A stretch of DNA of 64,000 bases from Flavobacteriaceae bacterium (lineage in GTDB: Bacteria > Bacteroidota > Bacteroidia > Flavobacteriales > Flavobacteriaceae). Location of the stretch: contig JBMZDR010000008.1 of NCBI GenBank assembly GCA_049614485.1, forward strand, positions 29,606 to 93,605, written 5' to 3'. Positions 46,832 to 57,012 of this stretch are shown here, in pieces (the first letter of the stretch is position 1; each line of letters opens with the position of its first letter). Both the position numbers and the translations under genes were made by a program. Under the pieces are notes generated by a model. That model worked only from the letters and a program-made list of their open reading frames with translations, did not search any database and had not been told where the DNA came from.

Positions 46832-47914
46832 TTACTGTAGTTTAAATATTTGATAGCTTTTATTGGTTTTTTGAATGATGTTTTCTGTGCGTTCTGCATG
46901 AGTGTCTGAAATGAAAATTTGACCAAATTCATCTTTGTTTACTAGTCTAATAAGTTGGCTGACTCTGTTTTCGTCTAGCTTATCAAAAATATCATCTAAT
47001 AAAAGTAAGGGTTTTATGCCAGCTTGTTGCTTTAAAAAATCAAATTGTGCTAACTTTAAAGCTATTAAAAACGATTTTTGCTGTCCTTGGCTCCCAAACT
47101 TTTTTATAGGATGTTCAGAGATGCCAAAAACCAAATCATCCTTATGTGTCCCTACTGAGGTGTATTGTAAAATTTTATCTTTTTGTAAATTTCTACGTAG
47201 TAACTCTTGAAAAGTCATATCGTGCAATTGACTTTTATAGCCTAATGTAACGTCTTCATTATTATTGCTTAACGCGCTATATTTTTCTAAAAAAATAGGA
47301 GTGAACACATGAATAAATTCTTTTCGCGTTTCATATATTATTTGCCCAAATTCGGTTAATTGCTCATTATAAACCGCTAGGGTATCTGCGTTAAATGTGT
47401 TGTTTGAAGCAAAATATTTTAGTAATGAATTACGTTGAGATAAAGTTTTATTGTATTTAATTAATGTTGTTAAATAGGTTTTATTGGATTGTGAAATGAT
47501 GCTGTCAATAAACTTTCTACGAGTTTCACTACCTTCACTTATCAAATCGTTATCAGCAGGAGATATGATAACTAGTGGTAAAAAACCAACATGATCAGAA
47601 AAACGATCATACGCTTTTCCGTTACGTTTAATAACTTTCTTTTGTTGTCTTTTTAAACTAACAATAATTTTTTCATGCCGTTCAGATTTTAAATACTCTC
47701 CGTCAATAACAAAGAAGTCTGAGTTGTGGTTGATATTTTGTGAAGCAATTGGGTTAAAATAACTTTTACCATATGATAAATGATAAATGGCATCTAATAC
47801 ATTGGTTTTTCCAACCCCATTATTGCCAACAAAGCAGTTTATTTTATCGTTAAAATCAAAAGAAACAGATTCAAGGTTTTTGTAATTTAATAAAGATATG
47901 CGTTGCAAAATCAT
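46832..47914 (-). CDS. recF: DNA replication and repair protein RecF
   Basis: Walker [10 protein letters not shown], signature-like SQGQQKS, Walker B LLLLDDIF. Start trimmed to the ATG at 47914 (the ORF track uses an upstream TTG). Confidence 0.93.
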   Translation of the reverse strand: MILQRISLLNYKNLESVSFDFNDKINCFVGNNGVGKTNVLDAIYHLSYGKSYFNPIASQNINHNSDFFVIDGEYLKSERHEKIIVSLKRQQKKVIKRNGKAYDRFSDHVGFLPLVIISPADNDLISEGSETRRKFIDSIISQSNKTYLTTLIKYNKTLSQRNSLLKYFASNNTFNADTLAVYNEQLTEFGQIIYETRKEFIHVFTPIFLEKYSALSNNNEDVTLGYKSQLHDMTFQELLRRNLQKDKILQYTSVGTHKDDLVFGISEHPIKKFGSQGQQKSFLIALKLAQFDFLKQQAGIKPLLLLDDIFDKLDENRVSQLIRLVNKDEFGQIFISDTHAERTENIIQKTNKSYQIFKLQ

Positions 47915-48035
47915 GGGGTAAATAGGCTTCAATTGTTGAATAAATAAGCGGTTTGCAAATTATTGAAAAATATCAAAACATTAGTATTAATATTAAAAGA
48001 AAAATTATATTTTTGCTCGACATACAATATAGATT

Positions 48036-48836
48036 ATGGCTACATATAAGAAAAGAGGATATAGAAAACCGAAAGAGAAGGTTGAAGACGTTGTAAATGA
48101 CGATTTAACTAATGACGTAGAAGGATACGTAGAAGGTGAAAGTACCACAGAAGAGGTTTTTAATACATTAGATGATTCTGCTAACAAAGCTGAGGAGTGG
48201 GTTGCTGCTAATCAGAAGTATATTTTTGGTGTTGTAGGGGTAATCGCGTTAAGTGTATTATTATATATGGCTTATGGTAAATTTATTCAAGAACCTAATG
48301 AAGCAGAAGCATCAAATGATGCGTATAAAGCAGAATCTTATTTCGCACAAGCTGTAAATGCTACCGGAACTGCAAAAGATTCTTTATTTAACTTAGCTCT
48401 TAATGGGGGTGAAGGGAAGTTAGGTTTATTAGATGTTATTGAAAACTATAGCGGAACAAAAGCAGCTAACTTAGCAAACTATACAGCTGGTATGGCTTAT
48501 TTAAATATGAATGACTATCAAAATGCAGTAACATATTTAGATAACTTTAGTTCTGATGACGAAATTTTAGCAGCTAATGCTAAAGGGGGTGTTGCTGATG
48601 CTTTTGTGCAGTTAAACCAATTAGAAGATGCATTAACACATTATGAAAAAGCGTTAGAAGCTACAACTAATGATTACAGTACACCAAAGTTTTTATATAA
48701 GGCAGCTGTTGTAGCGTTAGATTTAGGTAAAAATGATGTTGCAACTAAGTATTTAACAAGAATTAAAGATGAGTTTTCAACATCTTTAGAAGTAGGAAAA
48801 GTCGATGCACTTTTAGGAAAAGCGCAAGCAAAGTAA
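48036..48836 (+). CDS. TPR-like membrane-anchored protein (YfgM-like)
   Basis: Acidic N-terminus, single TM helix, then Ala-rich TPR-like repeats; directly upstream of ribH. Confidence 0.6.
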   Translation: MATYKKRGYRKPKEKVEDVVNDDLTNDVEGYVEGESTTEEVFNTLDDSANKAEEWVAANQKYIFGVVGVIALSVLLYMAYGKFIQEPNEAEASNDAYKAESYFAQAVNATGTAKDSLFNLALNGGEGKLGLLDVIENYSGTKAANLANYTAGMAYLNMNDYQNAVTYLDNFSSDDEILAANAKGGVADAFVQLNQLEDALTHYEKALEATTNDYSTPKFLYKAAVVALDLGKNDVATKYLTRIKDEFSTSLEVGKVDALLGKAQAK

Positions 48837-48837
48837 T

Positions 48838-49323
48838 ATGGCTACAATACATAAAAATTTATCAACATACGATAAAAACACAATCCCAAATGCGAAAAAT
48901 TTTCGATTTGGGATTGTTGTTTCTGAATGGAACCCTCAAATAACCGAAGGGTTAAAACAAGGAGCCATAGAGACCTTGTTAGAACACCAGGTTAAAGAGG
49001 ATAATATTACTGTTTGGGATGTACCAGGAACTTTCGAGTTGCCTTTTGGCTGCAAGAAAATGATACAGAAATTAGATGTAGATGCTGTAATAGCTATAGG
49101 GAGCGTTATTCAAGGGGAAACTAAACATTTTGACTTTGTTTGTAGTGGAACTGCACAAGGAATAATGGATTTGAATACCCAAGGCGATATTCCGGTAATT
49201 TTTTGTGTGTTGACAGATAACATTTTGCAACAAGCAATTGATCGGTCTGGAGGAATTCACGGAAATAAAGGTACAGAAGCAGCTGTAGCAGCAATAAAAA
49301 TGGCCACCTTAAATAAGTATTAA
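48838..49323 (+). CDS. ribH: 6,7-dimethyl-8-ribityllumazine synthase
   Basis: 161 aa; FGIVVSEWNPQITEGL, VPGTFELP, HFDFV, GNKGTEAA. Confidence 0.94.
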   Translation: MATIHKNLSTYDKNTIPNAKNFRFGIVVSEWNPQITEGLKQGAIETLLEHQVKEDNITVWDVPGTFELPFGCKKMIQKLDVDAVIAIGSVIQGETKHFDFVCSGTAQGIMDLNTQGDIPVIFCVLTDNILQQAIDRSGGIHGNKGTEAAVAAIKMATLNKY

Positions 49324-49346
49324 GGTTTAAGATTATAGAATATACT

Positions 49347-49377
49347 GAAAGCTGATTTTAATAAAATCAGCTTTTTT
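49347..49377 (+). terminator. Rho-independent terminator after ribH
   Basis: AAAGCTGATTTT-AAT-AAAATCAGCTTTTTT. Confidence 0.8.
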
Positions 49378-49473
49378 GTTGCCCAAACCTTACCTTAACA
49401 AAAATTAGCAGTCAAACGGCTTATTATCTACCGTAAAATGATTATTTTTGAAAATATCATTAGCGATTATTTT

Positions 49474-49770
49474 ATGAGACTCCCAACGCTTTTTAAACAA
49501 AATAAGAATAAATCATTTGGATTTAAACCTCGTTATTATGACGAGCGAAAGGAGCGTTTGGAAAAACTACACGAAAAGCACCATGGTGCTAAAGACGGTA
49601 CGTCTATAAAAGGGAGTTTTAAAAAAAGAGCATCGTTTAGGGATGATTGGAAAACTGTAAGTAAAGAAACGGATCAGAAACAATCACAAACTAGGCTAGT
49701 TGTTATTTTTGTATTGCTAGTGGCTATTGCAATTCTTATTTTAGATAAATATAATATCAAATTGTTTTAA
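49474..49770 (+). CDS. Small basic protein with a C-terminal TM helix, function unknown
   Basis: MRLPTLFKQNKNK.. ending in a hydrophobic helix, with a TAATG overlap with mutL. The earlier ATG at 49438 would overlap a TATTTTTG -7-like box. Confidence 0.45.
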   Translation: MRLPTLFKQNKNKSFGFKPRYYDERKERLEKLHEKHHGAKDGTSIKGSFKKRASFRDDWKTVSKETDQKQSQTRLVVIFVLLVAIAILILDKYNIKLF

Positions 49771-51632
49771 TGTCAGATATCATTCAGTTATTACCTGACC
49801 ATGTTGCTAATCAAATTGCGGCAGGTGAAGTTGTGCAACGCCCCGCATCCGTAGTTAAAGAGCTATTGGAAAATGCGATTGATGCCAAAGCAACTAACAT
49901 ACAGTTAATTATTAAAGACGCCGGTAAAACACTAGTTCAAGTGATAGATAACGGTAAGGGAATGAGTGCTACTGACGCGCGGTTGTCATTTGAGCGTCAT
50001 GCTACATCTAAAATTTCATCAGCAGAAGACTTATTCCAGTTGAACACTAAAGGGTTTAGAGGTGAAGCTTTAGCATCTATAGCTGCAATTGCGCATGTTG
50101 AGATGAAAACCAAACGCGATGATGCTGATTTAGGGACGTTAATTAAAATTGAAGGGAGTAAGGTTACAGAGCAAGAAGTTGTAGTAACACCAACGGGTAC
50201 TTCGATAGCAGTTAAGAATTTATTTTTTAATATTCCTGCACGCCGAAATTTCTTAAAATCTGATCAAGTAGAAATGCGTCATGTTATTGATGAGTTTCAA
50301 CGTGTAGCTTTAGTTCATTCAGACATTTCGTTTAGTTTGTATCACAACGGCACGGATGTGTTTAATTTGCCTATTTCAAACCACCGTCAGCGTATTGTCA
50401 ATATATTTGGTGGTAAGACAAATGAAAAACTAGTGCCAGTTATTGAGGACACAGAAATAGTTGCTATTAGTGGTTTTGTGATGAAACCAGAGTTTGCGAA
50501 AAAGAGTAGCAAAGAGCAATTCTTCTTTGTAAATGATCGGTTTATAAAAAGCCCGTACTTAAACCATGCTGTAAGTTCTGCTTTTGATGGTTTGTTGAAG
50601 GAGAAGGCCAATCCTGGTTATTTTTTATACCTGCAAGTAGACCCCAAAACGATTGATATTAATATTCATCCAACAAAAACAGAAATTAAATTTGATAATG
50701 AGCATGATTTGTACGCCATCATTAAATCTACTGTTAAGCATAGTTTGGGACAATTTCAAATAGCACCTATACTTGATTTTCAACGTGATTCAAGTATGGA
50801 TACGCCTTATTCTTATCAAGGAAAAAGTATAGCAAACCCAACAATAGAAGTAGATCGGTCGTTCAATCCGTTTGAGCCTGATCAAAAAGAAAAATCTGTA
50901 TCTAGTGGGTTTTCTTCAAAATCTACTATTAAAAAAAACAGTGATTCTTGGGAGAGTTTGTATGTAGGTTTAGAGTCAAAAATGACAGATTCATCAATTG
51001 ATGTTTCTACAATTGAGGTAGAATCAGAGGAAGTGACTGGGTCTTTTTTTGAATCTGAAGAAGTTGTTCAGGAGCATGTTACACTACAAGTTCAAAATAA
51101 ATACATCATCAGCAAGATAAAATCAGGTATGATGGTTATTCATCAACATCGTGCACATGAACGCATCTTGTTTGAAGAGTTTTTACAGCACATCACAGTA
51201 CATCAAGCTGTAAGTCAGCAATTGTTGTTTCCTGTTATTGTTGATGTTACAAAAGAAGAATTAGCGTTTTTAAATGATATTAAATCTGTATTAGAACATA
51301 CGGGGTTTGTGTTTTCTAAATTAGAAAACGAAACTATTGAAATAAGTGGTATACCAGCTGCTATAAAGAATGAGCAGGTCACATTCATAATAAGTGACTT
51401 GTTGGCTTGTGCTGATGAAAATACAGTTAAGGATGATAGTTTACATGCTACATTGGTGGCGAAATCTATGGCGAAAAGCATTGCTATAAAAAGCGGGAAG
51501 CCATTAACAAAACAAGAGCAGGAGGATATAGTAAATAGGTTGTTTGCATGTAAGGAACCAACTGTATCTCCTACAAATAAATCAATTTTTATTACCTATA
51601 GTACGAATGATTTTGATAAAAAACTACTGTAA
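49770..51632 (+). CDS. mutL: DNA mismatch repair protein MutL
   Basis: GHKL ATPase motifs ELLENAIDA, DNGKGM, GFRGEAL; C-terminal dimerisation domain. Confidence 0.95.
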   Translation: MSDIIQLLPDHVANQIAAGEVVQRPASVVKELLENAIDAKATNIQLIIKDAGKTLVQVIDNGKGMSATDARLSFERHATSKISSAEDLFQLNTKGFRGEALASIAAIAHVEMKTKRDDADLGTLIKIEGSKVTEQEVVVTPTGTSIAVKNLFFNIPARRNFLKSDQVEMRHVIDEFQRVALVHSDISFSLYHNGTDVFNLPISNHRQRIVNIFGGKTNEKLVPVIEDTEIVAISGFVMKPEFAKKSSKEQFFFVNDRFIKSPYLNHAVSSAFDGLLKEKANPGYFLYLQVDPKTIDINIHPTKTEIKFDNEHDLYAIIKSTVKHSLGQFQIAPILDFQRDSSMDTPYSYQGKSIANPTIEVDRSFNPFEPDQKEKSVSSGFSSKSTIKKNSDSWESLYVGLESKMTDSSIDVSTIEVESEEVTGSFFESEEVVQEHVTLQVQNKYIISKIKSGMMVIHQHRAHERILFEEFLQHITVHQAVSQQLLFPVIVDVTKEELAFLNDIKSVLEHTGFVFSKLENETIEISGIPAAIKNEQVTFIISDLLACADENTVKDDSLHATLVAKSMAKSIAIKSGKPLTKQEQEDIVNRLFACKEPTVSPTNKSIFITYSTNDFDKKLL

Positions 51633-52387
51633 TGATTAGAATAACAGACACTGTCAAACATATACTTATTATCAATGTGCTGTTTTTTGTAGCAAAATAT
51701 GTTGCCGCACAATACGGTGTGAATTTAACACAATACCTAGGACTATTCTTTGTTGAAAATGAATTGTTTAGGCCTTGGCAATTTGTTACCACAATGTTTA
51801 TGCATGCTGGTGTGAATCATATTTTATTTAATATGTTGGCATTATGGATGTTCGGTAGTGCCTTAGAACAGGTGTGGGGTAAAACTAAATTCCTGTTTTT
51901 TTATTTTTCTGCAGGTATTGGTGCGAGTTTAATTTACACATTAGCTAATTACATTCAGTTTGAAAGTGTCTATGCTGATTTGTTATCGGCAGGACTAAGT
52001 GCAACAGATATCTCATCTATTTTAGAAACAGGAAGTTATAATACGTCTATTTTGAAATATGTTAGTCAGGAGTCATTGGCTAGTTTTTATGGTGTGTTTA
52101 ATGCGCCGGCGGTTGGAGCTTCCGGAGCTATAATGGGACTTTTGGTAGGTTTTGGGATGTTGTTTCCAAATTCAGAATTAATGCTGTTGTTTTTTCCTGT
52201 ACCAGTAAAAGCTAAATATTTTATACCAGTATTAATAGGTTTAGATCTTTTTTCAGGATTAACAGGAATCTCTATTTTTAGTCCGAATAACACAGCGTAT
52301 TGGGCGCATATTGGTGGTGCCTTGATAGGTTTATTGATGATGTTGTATTGGAAAAAAACACAGTTTAATAACAACCGTTGGGATTAA
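51632..52387 (+). CDS. Rhomboid-family intramembrane serine protease 1
   Basis: HAGVNHILFNM (HxxxN), GASGAIMGL (catalytic Ser), AHIGGALIG (catalytic His). Confidence 0.88.
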   Translation: MIRITDTVKHILIINVLFFVAKYVAAQYGVNLTQYLGLFFVENELFRPWQFVTTMFMHAGVNHILFNMLALWMFGSALEQVWGKTKFLFFYFSAGIGASLIYTLANYIQFESVYADLLSAGLSATDISSILETGSYNTSILKYVSQESLASFYGVFNAPAVGASGAIMGLLVGFGMLFPNSELMLLFFPVPVKAKYFIPVLIGLDLFSGLTGISIFSPNNTAYWAHIGGALIGLLMMLYWKKTQFNNNRWD

Positions 52388-53253
52388 TGACAAAGAACGA
52401 ATTAATAGCGAAGTACAAAAACTTAAATGTTGCTGAAAAACTCATTGCAATCAATTTGATTGTATTTCTGGTTTTTGGTTTAACAGCCTTTCTGTTTAAA
52501 ACGTCAGTTTTGTATGATTGGTTTGTGTTGTCAAAAGAGTTTTCAGATTTGGTCATAAAACCTTGGACAGTTTTTACATATTCATTTTTACATCAAGGTT
52601 TTTTGCATCTGTTGTTTAATATGGTGACTTTATACTATGTGTCAAAATTGTTTTTAACCCGTTTTAGTGCCAAACTTTTTCTAAACACGTATTTGTTGGG
52701 AGCGTTGGTTGGAGGTGTGTTGTTTTTGCTATCATATAATTTATTTCCGGTGTTTAACAATCAATTAAGTTATTTAGTAGGAGCTTCGGCTTCGGTTATG
52801 GCAGTCTTGATTTTTGTGTGTACATCATTGCCTCAAATGGAGGTTTCAGTGTTTACATTTAAAGTTAAATTATGGCAATTAGGACTGTTTTTTGTAGTTC
52901 TTGATTTGATTCAAATTCCTTATGGGAACTCTGGAGGCCATATTGCACATATTGGTGGGGCTGTATTTGGCTATATATATGCGTCACAATTAAGTAAGGG
53001 GAATGATATAGCTAAAGGTTTTGAAAAATTGATGACAATAATAACTTCGTGGTTTACATTTAAGAAAACATCTAACTTAAAGACAGTTTATAAAACTAGA
53101 TCTGAAAAAAGAGCATCTGGTAAAACTATATATCAAAAAAAACGTATACAGCAAGAGAAGGTAGATGCTATTTTAGATAAAATTAGCAAAAATGGTTATG
53201 AAAGTTTATCTAAAGAAGAGAAGGCTTTTTTATTTCAATCTGGTAAAGACTAA
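52387..53253 (+). CDS. Rhomboid-family intramembrane serine protease 2 with a cytoplasmic C-terminal extension
   Basis: HQGFLHLLFNM, GASASVMAV, AHIGGAVFG, plus a tail VDAILDKISKNGYESLSKEEKAFLF. Start trimmed to the ATG at 52387 (TAATG overlap). Confidence 0.85.
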   Translation: MTKNELIAKYKNLNVAEKLIAINLIVFLVFGLTAFLFKTSVLYDWFVLSKEFSDLVIKPWTVFTYSFLHQGFLHLLFNMVTLYYVSKLFLTRFSAKLFLNTYLLGALVGGVLFLLSYNLFPVFNNQLSYLVGASASVMAVLIFVCTSLPQMEVSVFTFKVKLWQLGLFFVVLDLIQIPYGNSGGHIAHIGGAVFGYIYASQLSKGNDIAKGFEKLMTIITSWFTFKKTSNLKTVYKTRSEKRASGKTIYQKKRIQQEKVDAILDKISKNGYESLSKEEKAFLFQSGKD

Positions 53254-53267
53254 TTTAATAAGAACCG

Positions 53268-54287
53268 TTGAAACAATTAAACCTCATAGATAAAATTATT
53301 TACTTTGCAAACTGCATATTTGCTGTTGTTTTACTATTGGCATATTTGTTACCGTTTGTACCACCAAAAACGTTTTCGTTACTTTCTGTACTTAGTTTGT
53401 CTGTACCTGTATTATTGGTTTTAAATGCTGTTTTTTGTTTGTATTGGTTGTTGAAAGTTAAAAGACAACTATTACTTTCTTTAATTGTTTTACTGTTAGG
53501 ATATGATAGTATAAGTGCATTGTATAGGTTTTCACCTTCGGAAAAATCTACAAATACAAGGTTGTCTGTAATGAGTTATAATGTTAGGTTGTTCAATTTA
53601 TATGATTGGATACCAACACCAGAAGTTGAAAAGTCTATAGAAGCATTTGTGTTGAAAGAATCTCCTGATGTTGTGGCCTTTCAAGAGTTTCACCCGCACA
53701 AGAATATTAACTTTTCGGAATACCCATATAAGTACGAAAGTTTATCTGGTCAAAAAGTAAAATATGGTCAGGCAATTTTTTCTAAATATAAAATTATTAA
53801 TAAAGGAGAAATTAAATTTGATAACACAAGTAATAAGGCTATATACGTTGATGTTTTAAAAGATGGTGAAACAATAAGGATTTACAATGTTCATTTTCAA
53901 TCAATGCATATTAATTCTAATTTTAACAATCTGTCAGAGCAAAATACGGAGTTTTTGGTTAAGCGTATAGGTGCTAAATTTGAAATGCAGCAAGAGCAAG
54001 CGCAAGCAATTATAGCGCATCAAAATCAATGCGCATATAAGAAGATTATACTAGGTGATTTTAATAATACAGCATATTCATACATTTATAAGCAGTTTAA
54101 AAATGAAGCGTATTCAGATGCGTTTGAGTTGAGTGGCAATGGTTTTGGTAAAACATTTGATTTTAAACTATTTCCGTTGCGAATAGATTTTATACTTTTA
54201 AGTGAAGGACTAGATGTAATAGAGTTTAAAAACTACAATCATAAATTTTCTGATCACTATCCTGTGCAAACTAAAATATCATGGTAG
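53268..54287 (+). CDS. Endonuclease/exonuclease/phosphatase (EEP) family protein with an N-terminal membrane domain
   Basis: Three N-terminal TM helices followed by an EEP core (MSYNVRLFN, VVAFQEF, ILGDFNNT, SDHYPV). TTG start. Confidence 0.82.
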   Translation: MKQLNLIDKIIYFANCIFAVVLLLAYLLPFVPPKTFSLLSVLSLSVPVLLVLNAVFCLYWLLKVKRQLLLSLIVLLLGYDSISALYRFSPSEKSTNTRLSVMSYNVRLFNLYDWIPTPEVEKSIEAFVLKESPDVVAFQEFHPHKNINFSEYPYKYESLSGQKVKYGQAIFSKYKIINKGEIKFDNTSNKAIYVDVLKDGETIRIYNVHFQSMHINSNFNNLSEQNTEFLVKRIGAKFEMQQEQAQAIIAHQNQCAYKKIILGDFNNTAYSYIYKQFKNEAYSDAFELSGNGFGKTFDFKLFPLRIDFILLSEGLDVIEFKNYNHKFSDHYPVQTKISW

Positions 54288-54289
54288 GT

Positions 54290-54601
54290 TTACATTTGTA
54301 GACAATCTATCCAATCGGTTAGCATGTGAAAGAGTAATGCTATAGCAATAACCCTTGTTTTTTTGGGTACTACTAATAATGCATAAATACCAATTGCGTA
54401 AAAGCTATGTAAAGGATGGTAGTTTATGCTGCATCTGTTTGCTTCAAAAATTGGTGTAGCCAATAAATGATCTAAATCTACTAACATCGATAGGATAAAA
54501 ATCAGATAAACTTTTTTCCATTGTTTTCTGTAAAAAAATAATGCAATAAGTAAGGGCGCACCAAAATGTAAAAAGTAGTGGAGTAGGGATTGCATTACCA
54601 A
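54290..54601 (-). CDS. Small His-rich membrane protein (DUF6122-like)
   Basis: 103 aa, 3-4 TM segments, with LVDLDHLLATP and HMLTDWIDC motifs; overlaps the wbqC-like stop by 7 nt. Confidence 0.5.
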   Translation of the reverse strand: MVMQSLLHYFLHFGAPLLIALFFYRKQWKKVYLIFILSMLVDLDHLLATPIFEANRCSINYHPLHSFYAIGIYALLVVPKKTRVIAIALLFHMLTDWIDCLQM

Positions 54602-55215
54602 AATTTAGCTTGTGATTCCAGATAATTTAAGGTGTTAGGGCCTTCGTTAAATAGCAAGTCGAGAATACTTAAATTGTTTAAATAACCATATTTGTCACCA
54701 AATACTTGGGTGTACTGCTCAAGTTGAATTGGTGTTTCTTTTTTTGAATTCACGAGGTGTCTAAAATCAAATTGTGAGGTTGAGTTGCTAAAAGAATCTG
54801 TATATAAAATAGGTGCTTCAATTTCAATACACTCACAAAGTATATTGAATACTTCTACATTTAAGCTGTATAAACTTGTTTGCGGTTTGGTAAAAATACC
54901 CTTTATATCATCTTCATAATATTCAAAGAATGGTGACGATTTGTACGCTGATACTATAGAGCGCCAATGTTGTTTTTGCCAATTCTCTACATTTTCAATC
55001 TCAATATCTTTATATAAAGTCTTTTGTTTGTCTTTATTATGTTTCACCGGAATATTTAACAATAACTTCCCGTTAGCGCCATACACATACATTCTGTTTC
55101 TGAAAGTTTGCTTCTGGAAATTATCAGCGGCTTCAAACGTCACCGTTTCCGCATGTACGATTGCTACAAAATGTGCAATTGTAGGGAAGTAAGTTGGGTG
55201 AATTAATATGTTCAT
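54595..55215 (-). CDS. WbqC-family protein
   Basis: MNILIHPTYFPTIAHFVAI..FQKQTFRNRMYVYGANGKLLLNIPVKH is the WbqC-like pattern. Confidence 0.7.
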   Translation of the reverse strand: MNILIHPTYFPTIAHFVAIVHAETVTFEAADNFQKQTFRNRMYVYGANGKLLLNIPVKHNKDKQKTLYKDIEIENVENWQKQHWRSIVSAYKSSPFFEYYEDDIKGIFTKPQTSLYSLNVEVFNILCECIEIEAPILYTDSFSNSTSQFDFRHLVNSKKETPIQLEQYTQVFGDKYGYLNNLSILDLLFNEGPNTLNYLESQAKFW

Positions 55216-56901
55216 TTACTCTTTACTAGCTTTTTTCTTTTTATAAAATTTAAACCCTTGCCACATTGCAACAACAGCTAAAAAGTAAGGTAAATAAGAT
55301 ACAGGTTTTCCGCTACCACCTACAGTTGTAAAAATACGTTCGGTGTTAAATTTCCAGTTTTTAATATTTCCTAAACCTAACTCTACACCGCTAATACTCA
55401 TCCATACGAAAACAGGTTTACCAATAACATGGTCTAAAGGTACAAATCCCCAATATCTTGCGTCTAATGAATTTTGACGGTTATCTCCCATCATCCAATA
55501 GTAATCTTGTTTAAATGTATATGAGGTTGCAATAGCGCCATTAATGTAGATGTTGTCATTGTCTGTAGTTAATTTGTTGCCTTCATATTCAGTAATAATA
55601 TCTTTGTATAGCGGCAATACGTGTTTGTTTAACTCAACAGTTTTTCCAGCTTCTGGAATATAGATAGGTCCGAAATTATCGCCGTTCCATTTGTAATCGC
55701 CGTACTTCGGGAAAATACTTGCTTCACGTTCTCCTTTTGGTTTGATGTTTCTTTTAATTGAAACTATATCAGAATTCTTAGCTAGAGTTTCTTTCTCTTC
55801 AACAGACATGTTAATGTTGTAACGGTCTGTTGCTTTAAAGTCTGTATTTTGGCTTAGGTTTAAGTTTCCAGGTAATTCAACCATGTAACTTGTAGAGTCG
55901 TTAGGGAAAGGGACAACATCTCTTAGGTTATATCTGGCAGCTGACGCTTTTCCTATCTTGTAAAATCTATTAAATTCAGTAGTTCCAATACCGTCTTTTA
56001 AATATTGGGCAGATAAATATTTTTTAGAGATAACGGTATAATAAAATTGTGTTTTTGCTCTGTCTGGTAAAACAGTTTGTTTTCCGTTAATGAAGACATA
56101 CCCGTCTTTAATTTCTAAAGAATCACCTGCAATACCTACACAGCGTTTTACATAGTTGGTTTTCTTGTCAATTGGTTTTTCATATTTTTTATCGGCTTGT
56201 TTGTACATGTTGAACAAAGTATCAGCAGGCCAGTTAAATACGACGATGTCGTTACGCTTAATGTCTTGAAAACCAGGAAATCTTAAATAAGGTAGTTGTG
56301 GTTTTTTTAAGTAAGAAGGGGTTTTTGCTATTGGTAATGTATCATGAACCATTGGGGCAGCCACAGCTGTCATTGGTAATCGTGCGCCGTAATGGAATTT
56401 ACTTACTAATAAGAAATCTCCTTTTAGTAATGTTTTTTCTAAAGATGACGTTGGTATAACAAAGGGTTGCATGAAATAGGTATGCACTAATGTTGCCGCT
56501 ACAATGGCAAATAAAATAGAGCTTACCCAATCACCAGAACTGCTTTTGGTTTTTAAACTTCGGTCTTTGATGTGTTCCACATCAAGTGCATAGTTAATGT
56601 ATCCAATGTATAGTCCGCATGTTAAAATTGCTAAAGCTGTATCTGTATAGGTGTTTTTACCAAAACTCCTACAGGTTTCTACCCAGATAACAGGAAACAT
56701 GATTAAGTTGATAATTGGTACAAATAATAAGATGACCCACCATTTTGGTCTGTTAATAATTCCCATTAAAACCACGGCGTTGTATACAGGAACAAACGCT
56801 TCCCATGCTTTTCTGCCAGCTTTAATGTATAATTTCCAAGTTCCTAATCCGTGAATTACTTGTGTGATTAAGAAAAATATAAACCATTGTGTAAGTGTCA
56901 T
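55216..56901 (-). CDS. lepB: Signal peptidase I (LepB) with an N-terminal DUF5684-like membrane domain
   Basis: S26 motifs (PTSSLEKTLLKGDFLLVSK, GDNRQNSLDARYWG). The first ~110 aa (WKLYIKAGRKAWEAFVPVYNAVVLMGIINRPKWWVILLFVP) resemble DUF5684. Confidence 0.88.
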   Translation of the reverse strand: MTLTQWFIFFLITQVIHGLGTWKLYIKAGRKAWEAFVPVYNAVVLMGIINRPKWWVILLFVPIINLIMFPVIWVETCRSFGKNTYTDTALAILTCGLYIGYINYALDVEHIKDRSLKTKSSSGDWVSSILFAIVAATLVHTYFMQPFVIPTSSLEKTLLKGDFLLVSKFHYGARLPMTAVAAPMVHDTLPIAKTPSYLKKPQLPYLRFPGFQDIKRNDIVVFNWPADTLFNMYKQADKKYEKPIDKKTNYVKRCVGIAGDSLEIKDGYVFINGKQTVLPDRAKTQFYYTVISKKYLSAQYLKDGIGTTEFNRFYKIGKASAARYNLRDVVPFPNDSTSYMVELPGNLNLSQNTDFKATDRYNINMSVEEKETLAKNSDIVSIKRNIKPKGEREASIFPKYGDYKWNGDNFGPIYIPEAGKTVELNKHVLPLYKDIITEYEGNKLTTDNDNIYINGAIATSYTFKQDYYWMMGDNRQNSLDARYWGFVPLDHVIGKPVFVWMSISGVELGLGNIKNWKFNTERIFTTVGGSGKPVSYLPYFLAVVAMWQGFKFYKKKKASKE

Positions 56902-57012
56902 GTGTACTATTTTTTTGAGTCAATTATAAACTTTAAAATTGAAAAGTTTTTTCTTTTAAGATTAGTGCTTACTAATCATTAATTGTTACTGTTTTGTGTT
57001 TGTTTTAACATT

